A DNA stretch of 64,000 bases from Treponemataceae bacterium (lineage in GTDB: Bacteria > Spirochaetota > Spirochaetia > Treponematales > Rectinemataceae). This document shows, piece after piece, positions 50,113-59,905 of the stretch (within the stretch, counting starts at the first letter, position 1; every line of letters starts with the position of its first letter). Under the pieces are notes generated by a model that saw nothing but the letters and a program-made list of their open reading frames with translations, did no database searches and was not told the origin of the DNA. The stretch lies in assembly GCA_963667725.2 (NCBI GenBank), contig CAXXHO010000003.1, positions 352,001 through 416,000 on the forward strand. The letters run 5' to 3'. The translations under genes were made by a program, and so were the position numbers.

Positions 50113-51102
50113 ATGAAAAAACCACTGTTACCAGTTTATATCATTTTTTTATGTTTTACTGTTTTAACCATGACTGCTCAAACAAAAAATATCATGGTCT
50201 TAAAAATCGGTTCCGCTTCGACCACCAAGGAACCTCTGGCCATATCGACGCAAAAGTTTTGCGACCTTGCCAACGAACGTCTCGCGGGACAAATAAAGTT
50301 TGAATATTATCCTGGCGAACAGCTCGGCAATGAAACGACCATGTTTGAAAATCTTCAGGTAGATCTTCAGCAAGGTATCGCGAACGCGCTCGATTCCTAC
50401 GGAAACTTTTCAAAGGATCTGAACATCATGGGAATGGCCTTTGCTTTCGAGAACCAGGATCATCTTTTCAAGTATCTCAAATCGGATCTTGGCAAGAAGG
50501 CGCTGGATAAGCTCGAAAAGCAAGGATTCCATATCCTGACTTACAACTGCAAGAGAAATCCACGTTGCATTTTCTCGAAAAAGCCCATATCAAAACCAGA
50601 AGACCTCAAGGGCGTGAAATTCAGAGTTCCGAATATTCCGATATGGGAGAAAAATTTTAGAACCCTCGGGGCGATTCCGGTTTTTGTCGCATGGTCGGAA
50701 GCTCCCTATGCGCTTATCCAAGGTGTCGTGGATGCCGGCGAATCCACACGCGAGCTTTTATACCCTATGGGATTTTATAAATCATGTCCCTATATTACCC
50801 TAGTTGATTACGCATATCCCCTCGACTGCATAACTCTATCGACGTCGGCATGGAATCGCCTAGCTCCTGAACAGCAGAAAATCATACAACAATGTGCCGA
50901 CGAGGCATCAGAAGTCTACAACTCTATTGTGAAGACGAAATGGGAAGAAGACAAGACGAAAATCGTGAAGGAAGGCGGGCGTTTCGTCGATTTTGACAAG
51001 AATCTCTTCATCAAGAAAATGGCGCCATTGGCCGCCGAATTGGAAAAAGTAAAGTTTTGGGATACTCAGGGATTGTATGAAATGGTGCAAGCGTTGCGCT
51101 GA
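50113..51102 (+). CDS. TRAP substrate-binding protein DctP (2), close paralogue of the preceding gene
   Basis: Long identical stretches shared with DctP1 (FEYYPGEQLGNETTMFEN, YPMGFYKSCPYITLVDYAYPL). Confidence 0.92.
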   Translation: MKKPLLPVYIIFLCFTVLTMTAQTKNIMVLKIGSASTTKEPLAISTQKFCDLANERLAGQIKFEYYPGEQLGNETTMFENLQVDLQQGIANALDSYGNFSKDLNIMGMAFAFENQDHLFKYLKSDLGKKALDKLEKQGFHILTYNCKRNPRCIFSKKPISKPEDLKGVKFRVPNIPIWEKNFRTLGAIPVFVAWSEAPYALIQGVVDAGESTRELLYPMGFYKSCPYITLVDYAYPLDCITLSTSAWNRLAPEQQKIIQQCADEASEVYNSIVKTKWEEDKTKIVKEGGRFVDFDKNLFIKKMAPLAAELEKVKFWDTQGLYEMVQALR

Positions 51103-51143
51103 TCTCTTCATGTAATGTGTTGGTGAAAAGCATGGAATTCTGG

Positions 51144-51170
51144 TGGGAACGGCAGATTATGCCGTTCCCA
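51144..51170 (+). terminator. Stem-loop after dctP2
   Basis: TGGGAACGGCA-GATTA-TGCCGTTCCCA. Confidence 0.55.
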
Positions 51171-51201
51171 TTGCCCGTGATAAATGCCCATGGAGTAAAA
51201 G

Positions 51202-52035
51202 TTGAAAAATTTAACTGAATCGCAATTCGCCGGCTCTAATTTTCATTACATAAAACACACATTCGATTATTTTCTGAAATCCATGGATACGCTGGATGTC
51301 CATATCGTTGAGTTTTATATGGCATGTCCCCATTTTAGCGTGTTCGATGCGACCATAGAAGATGTGAAACGGATAAAGAAAGCTTTCGATAGTCGCGATA
51401 TTAAGCTTTGTTGTACGACTCTGGAGCAATGCACATATCCGATAAACATCGCCACTGAGGATGATGCTATACGCGAGAGAAGTATCGCCGAGCTAGAGAA
51501 AACCATCGAATTTACTGCAATATTAGGTTGTCCTTATACCCAGGTTTTGGGCGGAAGAGGTAGCTACGATCTTCCGGAAGAAGATGCGTGGAAGCGTTCT
51601 GTTGAATCGTTCATGAGATTAGCGGAAAAAGGGCGACAGTGTGGTGTTACAATGGTAATAGAAGAAGCCTCATGGTTCACCACTAATACTGTATACACGA
51701 CTCCATTAACTAGAAATATTTTGGATGAAGTGAATAGCCCCTTCTTCAAGGCAATGCTCGATAACTGTGCGACAGAAACAGCAAGAGAAGATTTTATAGA
51801 ATGTCTGAAAATATTGAAAGACGATATGCGCCATATTCATTTTGCAGACGGAAACCCAAGCGGGCATTTCATCCCAGGCGAAGGAAATCTTCCTTTGAGC
51901 AAATATTTGGGGGCATTGGATGAATGCGGCTATACAGGTGCGCTAACCTTCGAACTATATAATCGCAAATATGAACTTGATCCTCATCTTTATATGACGA
52001 AGTGTTTTGATTATATCAGAGATATATTTAGATAA
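51202..52035 (+). CDS. Sugar isomerase/epimerase, FrlC-like (2 of 3)
   Basis: PH, EQCTYPINIA, HIHFADG, HFIPGEG and TFEL; TTG start with RBS GGAG. Confidence 0.82.
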   Translation: MKNLTESQFAGSNFHYIKHTFDYFLKSMDTLDVHIVEFYMACPHFSVFDATIEDVKRIKKAFDSRDIKLCCTTLEQCTYPINIATEDDAIRERSIAELEKTIEFTAILGCPYTQVLGGRGSYDLPEEDAWKRSVESFMRLAEKGRQCGVTMVIEEASWFTTNTVYTTPLTRNILDEVNSPFFKAMLDNCATETAREDFIECLKILKDDMRHIHFADGNPSGHFIPGEGNLPLSKYLGALDECGYTGALTFELYNRKYELDPHLYMTKCFDYIRDIFR

Positions 52036-52058
52036 TATCTTCGAGGAAGGTAATTGCA

Positions 52059-52892
52059 ATGCAAAAAATCAATATCAACCAGATTTCTGCTATGAATATT
52101 TCCTATCAATTTTTTTCGTTTGAGTACTTTCTTGATTCCATGGTGACAATTGGGTGTAAAAATATTGATATATGGACAGGTTATCCACATTTTCTCGTGG
52201 ATGACGATTATGAGACAAAAGCACGTAAAATACGAGATCAGTGCGATTCGGTGGGGATCAATGTAAGAAACATCACTCCGAAGGTAATCGGATGGCCGCT
52301 GAATATCGCGGACAAGAGCGAAAAGATTCGAGGGAATGCTATAAGATATATTAAACGATGTATCGACGCAGCAGAAATACTCGGCGCACCTTCTCTCCAG
52401 CTCGTTCCAGGAACCGGCCTCTACGATGAGCCAGTGGAAGATGCCTGGAAACTATCCAGGGAATCGCTAAGCATCTTATCGGAGTACGCACTGAATAGAA
52501 AAAAACAATTAGCGCTAGAAGCAATACAAATACTTGAATCAAATTTAGTGGGAAATAAATCTCAGCTAAAAAAAATGGTAGAGGAAGTTAATTCTCCCGC
52601 GCTTGGAGCCGTTGTGGATACCACACATATGGAAAAAAATGGAGAAACCCTCGACGAATATTTCGATATTCTTGGCGAAAAAATAAAGCGTGTTCACCTA
52701 AACGAAAGCAATCAACTTCCATGGGGTGAAGGCAATAACCCACTTAATGTTTATATTAGCCAGCTCAATCGGCATCAATATAATGGACCCATCACGATAG
52801 AAATCTGTTCTAAGGTCCATTATCTTAACCCTCACAATGCAATGAAAAAAACCTTTGATTACGTTATTGATGCATTAGCGAGGCAGATTTAG
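52059..52892 (+). CDS. Sugar isomerase/epimerase, FrlC-like (3 of 3)
   Basis: IDIWTGYPH, WPLNIA, LEAI..ESNL, DTTH, VHLNE, PWGEG and TIEI. Confidence 0.82.
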   Translation: MQKININQISAMNISYQFFSFEYFLDSMVTIGCKNIDIWTGYPHFLVDDDYETKARKIRDQCDSVGINVRNITPKVIGWPLNIADKSEKIRGNAIRYIKRCIDAAEILGAPSLQLVPGTGLYDEPVEDAWKLSRESLSILSEYALNRKKQLALEAIQILESNLVGNKSQLKKMVEEVNSPALGAVVDTTHMEKNGETLDEYFDILGEKIKRVHLNESNQLPWGEGNNPLNVYISQLNRHQYNGPITIEICSKVHYLNPHNAMKKTFDYVIDALARQI

Positions 52893-52948
52893 CTAGCCAA
52901 TTGTATGGATATCAAGACTCCTCTTCAAGTTCAGATTAATTATTTGAT

Positions 52949-54871
52949 CTGACGTTGTACAGCGTGTGGTATAATACAGTAAGCAATAAAGCAGCTTAAT
53001 ATATTATACTGACAACAAATAACTAAAAACGGACTGTACAAAAAGCATGATGCAAATGCGGTATAAGATATTTATAAATATTCGAAATAAAACTTTACAG
53101 ATAAAACACTATGTTGTATAATTAGCGGTATAATGAACGTACGGAAATGTACCCTAAAGAATGCTCAAGGCGGTACCTATACGTACCTTCAACTTGTGCA
53201 CAACTACCGCGTCAAGGAAACAGGAAAGACCAAAACCAATGTCCTTATGAAGCTCGGACGGGAAGATCAGATCGAGCCTTCCTACATCCAGGCGATCATC
53301 AAGGCACTGTCTGCGGTCTTAGGCGAATATCCTTCTGAAGTCCCCGCCGGATTTGACTTCCATTCAAGTCGGGAGCTTGGGGGCACCTGGCTTCTAGATG
53401 CCCTATGGAATCGTCTTGGCATGGCAAAGGCTATCAAAGGGCTTCTTAACGAACGCCAGTTCGCCACACCCGTCGAACGGCTCTGCTTTGCCATGGTTGC
53501 AGGCAGGATCCTGGCTCCGGGTTCGAAGCTTTCTCTTGAACACTGGGTTTCAAAGAAAGCATATATCAGGGATCTTGTGAACGTCGATGTTCACAATCTT
53601 TACCGGGCGATGGATCTTCTTGTGGAGTCGAGCGAAGAACTCCAGAAGCACATATTTACCGAAGTATCAAAGAATGCCCACCTTGATGTGGATCTTATCT
53701 TTCTTGATACGACGAACACCTATTTCGAGACCGACGAAGATGCTTCCGGTTCAGGGCTTTTAAAACGTGGCCACAGTAAAGATGGACACCCCGAGCTACC
53801 GTTGGTTTCGATTGCCTTTGCGGTGACGCGTAGCGGCATTCCTATTCGCTGCTGGGTATTCCCGGGCAACACGAGCGACCAGACGATCGTCGAGCAGGTG
53901 AAAGGTGATCTAGGACAGTGGAATCTTGGTCATGTCGTCATGGTCCAAGATGCAGGATTCAATAGTGCCGACAACAGAAGAATCCTTTTACGGGAATGCG
54001 GTGACTATATCATCGGCGAAAAGCTCCGCGTTGGTACCGATGGCGCCGCGGTAGAAGCCCTACACCGGAAAGGGCGATTCAGGATCCTGGAAAGTGGCCT
54101 CGCGATTAAAGATGTCGTCCTCGATGCAGGGAAAGCCACGGAGCGCCGATTCATCATCGTCAAGAATCCGGAAGCCGAAACGCGCGACCATGTCATACGC
54201 GAACAAATCGTCGATGCTACGAAGCGCAAGCTTGATGAACTGTCGCAGTATACGGGGAAAGCACACACGAAAGCGGCGTGTGCGCTACGCTCTCATTCCG
54301 CCTATGGCAGATACATTAGGCAGGATACGAAGGGTGTCTTGCACCTCGACACCGCCAAGATAGCCTCAGAGGAACTCCTTGATGGCAAGTTTCTAGTGTC
54401 GACGTCCAGCATGAAGCTGGATGCTGCCGATATTGTTGCCGGCTATAAGCAGCTCTGGGCCATAGAGCGGGTATTCAAGGATATGAAAAACACCTTGGAT
54501 ATTCGTCCCATATACCACCGACTTGATGATCGTATTCGAAGCCATATTCTTATTTGCTGGCTTGCCATGGTGCTGGTACGGTATGCAGAGAATATGGCGG
54601 ACCGGTCGTGGTACCAGATTGAAAAAGTTCTGTCCGATGTTACTGCAGGGCTTATTGAGAGCGACAATGTAAGCCTCTGGTATTGCTCTGATATTTCCGA
54701 CGAGGCGAAGGACATTTTCAAGCGCTTAACTATTGAATTACCAAAGAAAGTTCTTGCTACAGTAGCAAGAGATCCTGTTGCGGTATAAAAGATTTTCGAC
54801 TGCAATCGTATAACTCTATTATTTATAGAGTATTAGCAAGATTTTCTATACCGCGCACTGTACAACGCCAG
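52949..54871 (+). mobile_element. Complete IS1634-family insertion sequence
   Basis: IRL CTGACGTTGTACAGCGTGTGGTATA and IRR reverse complement CTGGCGTTGTACAGTGCGCGGTATA; 5-bp target duplication TTGAT (52944-52948 and 54872-54876). Confidence 0.92.
53133..54788 (+). CDS. IS1634-family DDE transposase
   Basis: PGSKL, LYRAMD, LDTTNTYFE, GHSKD, FPGNTSD, QDAG and YKQLWAIERVFKDMK...RPIYH. Confidence 0.93.
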   Translation: MNVRKCTLKNAQGGTYTYLQLVHNYRVKETGKTKTNVLMKLGREDQIEPSYIQAIIKALSAVLGEYPSEVPAGFDFHSSRELGGTWLLDALWNRLGMAKAIKGLLNERQFATPVERLCFAMVAGRILAPGSKLSLEHWVSKKAYIRDLVNVDVHNLYRAMDLLVESSEELQKHIFTEVSKNAHLDVDLIFLDTTNTYFETDEDASGSGLLKRGHSKDGHPELPLVSIAFAVTRSGIPIRCWVFPGNTSDQTIVEQVKGDLGQWNLGHVVMVQDAGFNSADNRRILLRECGDYIIGEKLRVGTDGAAVEALHRKGRFRILESGLAIKDVVLDAGKATERRFIIVKNPEAETRDHVIREQIVDATKRKLDELSQYTGKAHTKAACALRSHSAYGRYIRQDTKGVLHLDTAKIASEELLDGKFLVSTSSMKLDAADIVAGYKQLWAIERVFKDMKNTLDIRPIYHRLDDRIRSHILICWLAMVLVRYAENMADRSWYQIEKVLSDVTAGLIESDNVSLWYCSDISDEAKDIFKRLTIELPKKVLATVARDPVAV

Positions 54872-54876
54872 TTGAT

Positions 54877-55010
54877 GAGCCTGTAAATATTCTTGTGTAA
54901 ACGGCTCGATTCATAGCGGCACACGGTCGCCATAGAGAATCGCAAATTGATCCATAGCCGAACCCCAGTCATGTATCGGCATCATCCACCTTTTCGAGAT
55001 ACTCTGCAAG
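54877..55010 (-). pseudogene. IS256-family 3' fragment with terminal IR
   Basis: Translates as ...[56 protein letters not shown]. Confidence 0.8.
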
Positions 55011-55266
55011 TGGACCTTATCCGATTTAGTGGAGACTAAGCTAAGCCTCTCCGAAAATAAGAGGAGGAGAGGATATGGGAAAGGCCAAAAGGACCTATAC
55101 CGAAGAGTTCAAGCGAAATGCCCTTGAAATGCTGAAAAAGCCAGGGAAAACAGGAGCAGACGTCGCCGGAGATCTTGGGATCGGCTCAGGCGAGATCAAT
55201 CGCTGGCGCTGTGCCGCAGAGCAAGAGCAACGAGGAGAAGGCATAGCCTTCCCAGGGAAAGTATTC

Positions 55267-55860
55267 TGCGCCCTCAAATCAAGACCAAAAACTTGAAATA
55301 AATAAGGTGGTAATTCACGCTGCCAATTCCCTTATCTGTAATGATTGGTATTGCTGGTCAGGCGTTTCGTAATCCAGATTTTGATGAAACCTATGCTGAT
55401 TGTAAAATGTAAAGTATGAAACAAGACCTCGTTTCAAAGACCGTAGATTTTCATAGCCTTGAAGGTAGATATCTTCATACTTCACTGTTCTCCACAGTCG
55501 TTCGATATGGACATTGTCTCTCAAACGACCTCGTCCATCCATACTGATTCGAATGCCATGATCCTGAAGAATCTGCGTAAACGTATTCGATGTAAACTGA
55601 CTTCCTTGATCGGTATTGAATATAGAAGGGGCTCCATAGCGTGCTATAGCCTCTTTTAGAGCTTCTTCACAGAATCATGAATCCATGCTGTTAGAAACAC
55701 GCCAGGAAAGCACCTTGCGGCTATACAGATCCATTATTGCCACGAGATATACGTAGCCGATCCCCGGCAACTTGATATACGTCAAATCAGAAATCCATAC
55801 CTGGTTTGGATAGCGTATGACCTTATGTTTCAGCAGATATGGGTATATCGGGTTTTCAAA
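55267..55860 (-). pseudogene. Second IS3-family orfB 3' fragment with its right end
   Basis: [22 protein letters not shown] and DNVHIERLWRTVKYE, with an internal stop. Confidence 0.8.
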
Positions 55861-55874
55861 CGTTATGCAGGATT

Positions 55875-56277
55875 CCAGGCTCTTCTTTCCACCCGGTTCA
55901 AGGATCTTCTTGAAGCCTTGCAGGTCTATCGAGACAAGGACATTGTTGAGAAATGCTTTGATGATCTGAAAAATTCTCTGGACATGAAACGCTTACGAAT
56001 GCATTCGATTGAAACTGTTGATGGCAGATTATTTGTCCAGTTTATTGTGCTCATCTTTATGAGTGCTTTACGAAAAGAAATGCGGGCTACGAAACTTATC
56101 GAGAAATATACGGTGCGGGAACTTCTCTTGGAAATGGATCTTTTGACCAAGATTCGCTACGCGGGTAAATACGGCCAGATGCTCACTTAGATAACCAAGC
56201 CTCAGCGTGATATCCTAAAGGCTCTAAATATTGAGCCTCCTCAGGCTGCTTAGCTACAAAAGTTGCGGGAATTCAGG
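55875..56277 (+). pseudogene. IS1634-family transposase C-terminal fragment
   Basis: [23 protein letters not shown]; premature TAG at 56188; ends GCGGGAATTCAGG. Confidence 0.75.
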
Positions 56278-56866
56278 TAACAACGAATTCTAATCATCAC
56301 GAGCCAGTAGCGGAAAATGTCCTGGATCAGCAGTTTTTCGCATCCGCGCCTGGAAAGGTATGGGTATCCGACATCACCTACTGCGCAACGAAAGAAGGAT
56401 GGATGTACCTATGCGTCATTATCGACCTATGGAATCGTCAGGTCGTGGGATGGTCAGTCAGGAATGATATGACGGCACAGATCGTTATCGATGCTTTCAA
56501 GATGGCCAACTTCGGTATGAGTGCTCTGAAGAATTACTTTTCCACTCAGTCCGCGGCATACAGTATTGTTGATCAGCATTCAGATCAGTAATCGCTCATT
56601 CCGGCAAAACGGTAGTTCAGAACATGAGCAGAAAAGGCAATTTCTAGGACAATGCCTGTGCCGAATCATTCTTTAAAACCTTAAAGCGTGAATTGGACTG
56701 CCTTGACGGTCGCAGCGCTCGAGCCGCTATACGAACAGAGCTTTTCGAATATATCGAGGTCTATTATAATTGGCTTCACAGGCACTCGTCGAATGCCATG
56801 ATGGTTCCGGCAGAGATGTTTAACAGAGTGGCTAAATTGACCCCCCATCAAATCGGGTGAGGTCCA

Positions 56867-57463
56867 AGTTGCAGCTTCATCCATTTCCAAGATGCCCCGC
56901 TGCTTCTTTACGCCAGAAAAGGACATGAGGCCAGTAAATGGGCTATTCGTAGTGATTTCGTTCTCTTTTGCCCATTTTAAGGGCACTGTCCCTGCCAGCA
57001 TTATTTTATTGATGGTTGTCGCTGCAAGAGCTTTCTTCGCTAATCCCAGGTAGTGAAGACGTTTATCTTCTATATATGGTGATTTGTCATAGTCCCAGAA
57101 ATTTTCAAGCCGTATGATGAAATCTGTATTAGTCACGTTCTTTTTTTCTATGTTTACATCGATAAGCTTTCGTTCCTTCAAAATCGTCACAATCGTCGCC
57201 GCATCCTCCTCATAGAGAGATGCTTTCCTAATGCCAGCGATCAGATCTTTCACTTCAAGCATCGTATCGATAGGTTGTGGAGATTTTGTGTCTTTTATTG
57301 GAATACCGTTTTTCAGCCAGTCGGTGATCACGAGCATAGCGTCTCGCTCGTTTTTCTTCTTAGTGTTGATTCCGCTACCGAAAGTTCCTCTACTATTTCG
57401 GAATCTTACATAATAAACGCCATTTCGAAGATAAAAGTTGTAAGAAGCCCCGAATGTGCTCAT
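56867..57463 (-). pseudogene. Truncated tyrosine integrase of the tRNA-Thr island
   Basis: Homologous to the 10824-12212 integrase (FWDYDKSPYIEDK vs FWDWDTSPYIRDK; TINKI vs TINTI; RGILEMDE vs REILTLDE). Internally shortened and cut by the IS3 end before the catalytic domain. Confidence 0.85.
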
Positions 57464-57482
57464 TGCACCCCCTCATAGCTAG

Positions 57483-57502
57483 TTTGCTACGGAGTTCGCT
57501 AC
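57483..57502. repeat. Arm-type repeat pair, right end of the tRNA-Thr island
   Basis: TTTGCTAC-N4-TTCGCTAC. Confidence 0.6.
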
Positions 57503-57575
57503 AGCATGGGTTCGGGATAAGAGTAACCATCGTCTGGCTACTCTTACATTTACTGCTCTCGTAAAGAATTACTTA

Positions 57576-57648
57576 AGCCGAAGCCGGGAATCGAACCCGG
57601 TACCTGCGCATTACGAGTGCGCCGCTCTGCCTGGTGAGCTACCTCGGC
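57576..57648 (-). tRNA. tRNA-Thr(CGT)
   Basis: GCCGAGGTAGCTCACCAGGCAGAGCGGCGCACTCGTAATGCGCAGGTACCGGGTTCGATTCCCGGCTTCGGCT; anticodon CGT, CCA not encoded. Confidence 0.95.
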
Positions 57649-57732
57649 GATACGTGCACGAATATATCAGGTTAAGAGGTTTTGAATCAAGCGGTTTTCG
57701 GCTGATGAGGATGCGTTGCTAGGGAAAGATGG

Positions 57733-58266
57733 CTATGCCTTACTGTCTTCGGCGGCGGCGGTCTGGCTATGGGGCTCAATCGGTTCCGAAAACTTGGGCG
57801 GATTGCGATAGACGGTTTTTATAAGATAATAGTAGTCGTCATCCTGGCCATAATAGCCGGGTATATGGCCGATCATCTTGTAGCCGGCTTCCAGAAAGGC
57901 TTCGGGCTTCAGATTTTCCAGCTTCTTCCCTGAGGTCTCGAGACGGATCACCGCATAGGAGCTTTTTTTCAGCAGGTCTTCGTCCAGCATCTCAAGCAGG
58001 TGTTTCCCGCCTTCCGTCGACTTATAGTCTCTGTCTACAACAATATAGCGGATGTCAAAAGTGGATTCCCTGCCGTTTATCCTGCCGATGATGGCAAAAG
58101 CGACGAGGGTTTTCCCATCGCGCAGTTCGAGCACGGTATATGGATCTCCGGGAGAGCTTTTCCATGAGAGAAGCGTTTCGTGGAGAAGATCGATTTCCAC
58201 GCCTTTAAAGGCGCCGGTGTAGGAGGCAACCTGCTCAAATTCCTGCATGTTTACATAATCAGGCAT
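57733..58266 (-). CDS. GNAT-family N-acetyltransferase-like protein
   Basis: FDIRYIVVDRDYKSTEGGKHLL (degenerate motif A), IRLETS and F...GY..IG.IPGYY. Confidence 0.7.
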   Translation of the reverse strand: MPDYVNMQEFEQVASYTGAFKGVEIDLLHETLLSWKSSPGDPYTVLELRDGKTLVAFAIIGRINGRESTFDIRYIVVDRDYKSTEGGKHLLEMLDEDLLKKSSYAVIRLETSGKKLENLKPEAFLEAGYKMIGHIPGYYGQDDDYYYLIKTVYRNPPKFSEPIEPHSQTAAAEDSKA

Positions 58267-58490
58267 TTTTTTCCCTTAGTTCCAGTATAGAAGTATTTCC
58301 TGCTTTAAAGCAAATTTCTTTTCGAATAGAAGATATGAAAATCACTATCTTTCACTTTATTCTATTCAATAGAAAGCATAACGGCCGGAATTAATCAAGG
58401 GATACAGGGGGGTACGGGGCGGAGGTCAAGGATTTGAGACAGGGCCATCCAGCTTTTTGGCTGATGGTCCCGTCTCATTTCAGAAGGTTG

Positions 58491-59507
58491 TCAGCGGATA
58501 GATATTCCCAAGAAAGGTTCAATAGTGGCGAATTTTCCGGGCAGTACATCGAAATCCGTTTCGAAGCGAAGGTCGCCGAGCATCAGCGTAAATCTATGAG
58601 TCCCGGGAATCACTTTGCCGAAGGGACTGTCCAGGCGTCTTCCATCCAGGTAGATCGTCATGTCCTGGAAACCGATGGGCCTTCCCGCGAGAGTCGCGAA
58701 CAGTTCGGGTATCGCAATCTGATAATCCACGAAGTTCGGGGAGAGGGATAGTTGCATGGTAAGCGGTCCGTTCAGGGAAATTCTGTCTATGTAATCGGTA
58801 TAGCCCGGGGCGACGATGCGTATCGTATAGTTCCCCGGCATCCATTCGCCACGGTAAGGCAGGCTTCCGATGTACGTGGAATCTCTGTAGAGGCTTGCTC
58901 CGGTAACATTCGTTGCACTGATGTATACGGGCAGGGATATTGGGTTGAGGTTGGCGCGGATCTGATAGGAGCCGTTAAGCTTGATGGTTCGCGTATAGTC
59001 TTCATAGCCGTCGAGTCGGACGGTGACGGAATAGGTGCCGGGGTGCAGGTAAGAAACGAATGGGGTGTTCCCCGAATAGGAGCCATTCAGATAAACTTGC
59101 GCTCCCCCCACATTCGATTCTATGGAAAGCTGGTATCTGGGAGCGGGAGGTACGGGCTGCGGAAATGGCGGCTTCTGCGGCTGCGGAGCGGGCGGCTGGG
59201 GTGGGGGCGCGGGAGGCTGTGATGGCCTGCCGCCCAGATTGGCATATACGGTGATGGGTGTGTTTCCTACATGGATCGTTGTCGAGAAATCGGAGAATCC
59301 GTCTTTAGCGACTTTGATCTTATAGGTTCCCGGCACCACCAAGGTGGAAAAATTTGGGGACGCATAACCTGCCAATTTATCGTTGAGATAGACGGTGGCT
59401 CCCGTCTGGTTGCTCTGCACATTGAGGGAGGTCTTCGCCTGCGCGAAGATCAGGCCCGGCAGCGCGACAAGGAGCACGAAAGCCGCTAGGAAGGTTCGTT
59501 TTCTCAT
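58491..59507 (-). CDS. Exported PEGA-domain protein
   Basis: Signal peptide, repeated SN..GA.VYLN...G..P...PGTY.I...GY.D units and a Pro-rich linker. Confidence 0.85.
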   Translation of the reverse strand: MRKRTFLAAFVLLVALPGLIFAQAKTSLNVQSNQTGATVYLNDKLAGYASPNFSTLVVPGTYKIKVAKDGFSDFSTTIHVGNTPITVYANLGGRPSQPPAPPPQPPAPQPQKPPFPQPVPPAPRYQLSIESNVGGAQVYLNGSYSGNTPFVSYLHPGTYSVTVRLDGYEDYTRTIKLNGSYQIRANLNPISLPVYISATNVTGASLYRDSTYIGSLPYRGEWMPGNYTIRIVAPGYTDYIDRISLNGPLTMQLSLSPNFVDYQIAIPELFATLAGRPIGFQDMTIYLDGRRLDSPFGKVIPGTHRFTLMLGDLRFETDFDVLPGKFATIEPFLGISIR

Positions 59508-59905
59508 GATTGTTTCCTCTCTTGTATCTAGACAAAAATAACACGCTTCACCTTTCACGACAATGCAGGCGGATATTTTGCGTGAATTGGCGAGCGCTTC
59601 AATATTAAAATAGTCGATTGCGGCCTGAATTCAAAGTTTTCGCTCGAATCGAAGGCGATTTTATCGGATAAAGGTAATTCTATAATTATTTAGCTTTTAA
59701 GACGAACTGTCTATCTTTTGCATCCAGGCCGCAAAATGCGGTCTCTTTTTTTAAAAATTATGCATTTTTTGACTGTCGCGCGTTTCATATAGTGAACCTT
59801 CCGTATCGATTATTGTCTTGACGGTTAGTGGAAACCAAGGGATGATGGACTTCGACAAAACAGGATAATTGCTTTGCCAATTTATCTTTATCGTGGGGGT
59901 TTGCC

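Larger units (their letters stand above)
55011..56866 (+). mobile_element. Degraded IS3-family element with nested fragments of other IS
   Basis: IRL TGGACCTTATCCGATTTAGTGGAGAC and IRR reverse complement TGGACCTCACCCGATTTGATGGGGGG. orfA start at 55075 (YTEEFK); frameshifted orfB remnant at ~56278-56800 (WVSDITY, DNACAESFF). Confidence 0.82.
20900..57620. mobile_element. ~36.7 kb genomic island integrated in tRNA-Thr(CGT)
   Basis: 45-bp direct repeats, an integrase remnant next to the tRNA, matching arm-type repeats near both ends and several IS remnants inside. Confidence 0.9.

Noticed and set aside
56681..56866. C-terminal part of the 260-aa ORF as integrase sequence
   Set aside because: After EMDEAAT the frame reads into the antisense strand of the IS3 end.
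59122..59325. Gly/Cys-rich plus-strand ORF resembling a RiPP precursor
   Set aside because: It is the reverse complement of the Pro-rich linker of the PEGA gene, and no modification enzymes are nearby.
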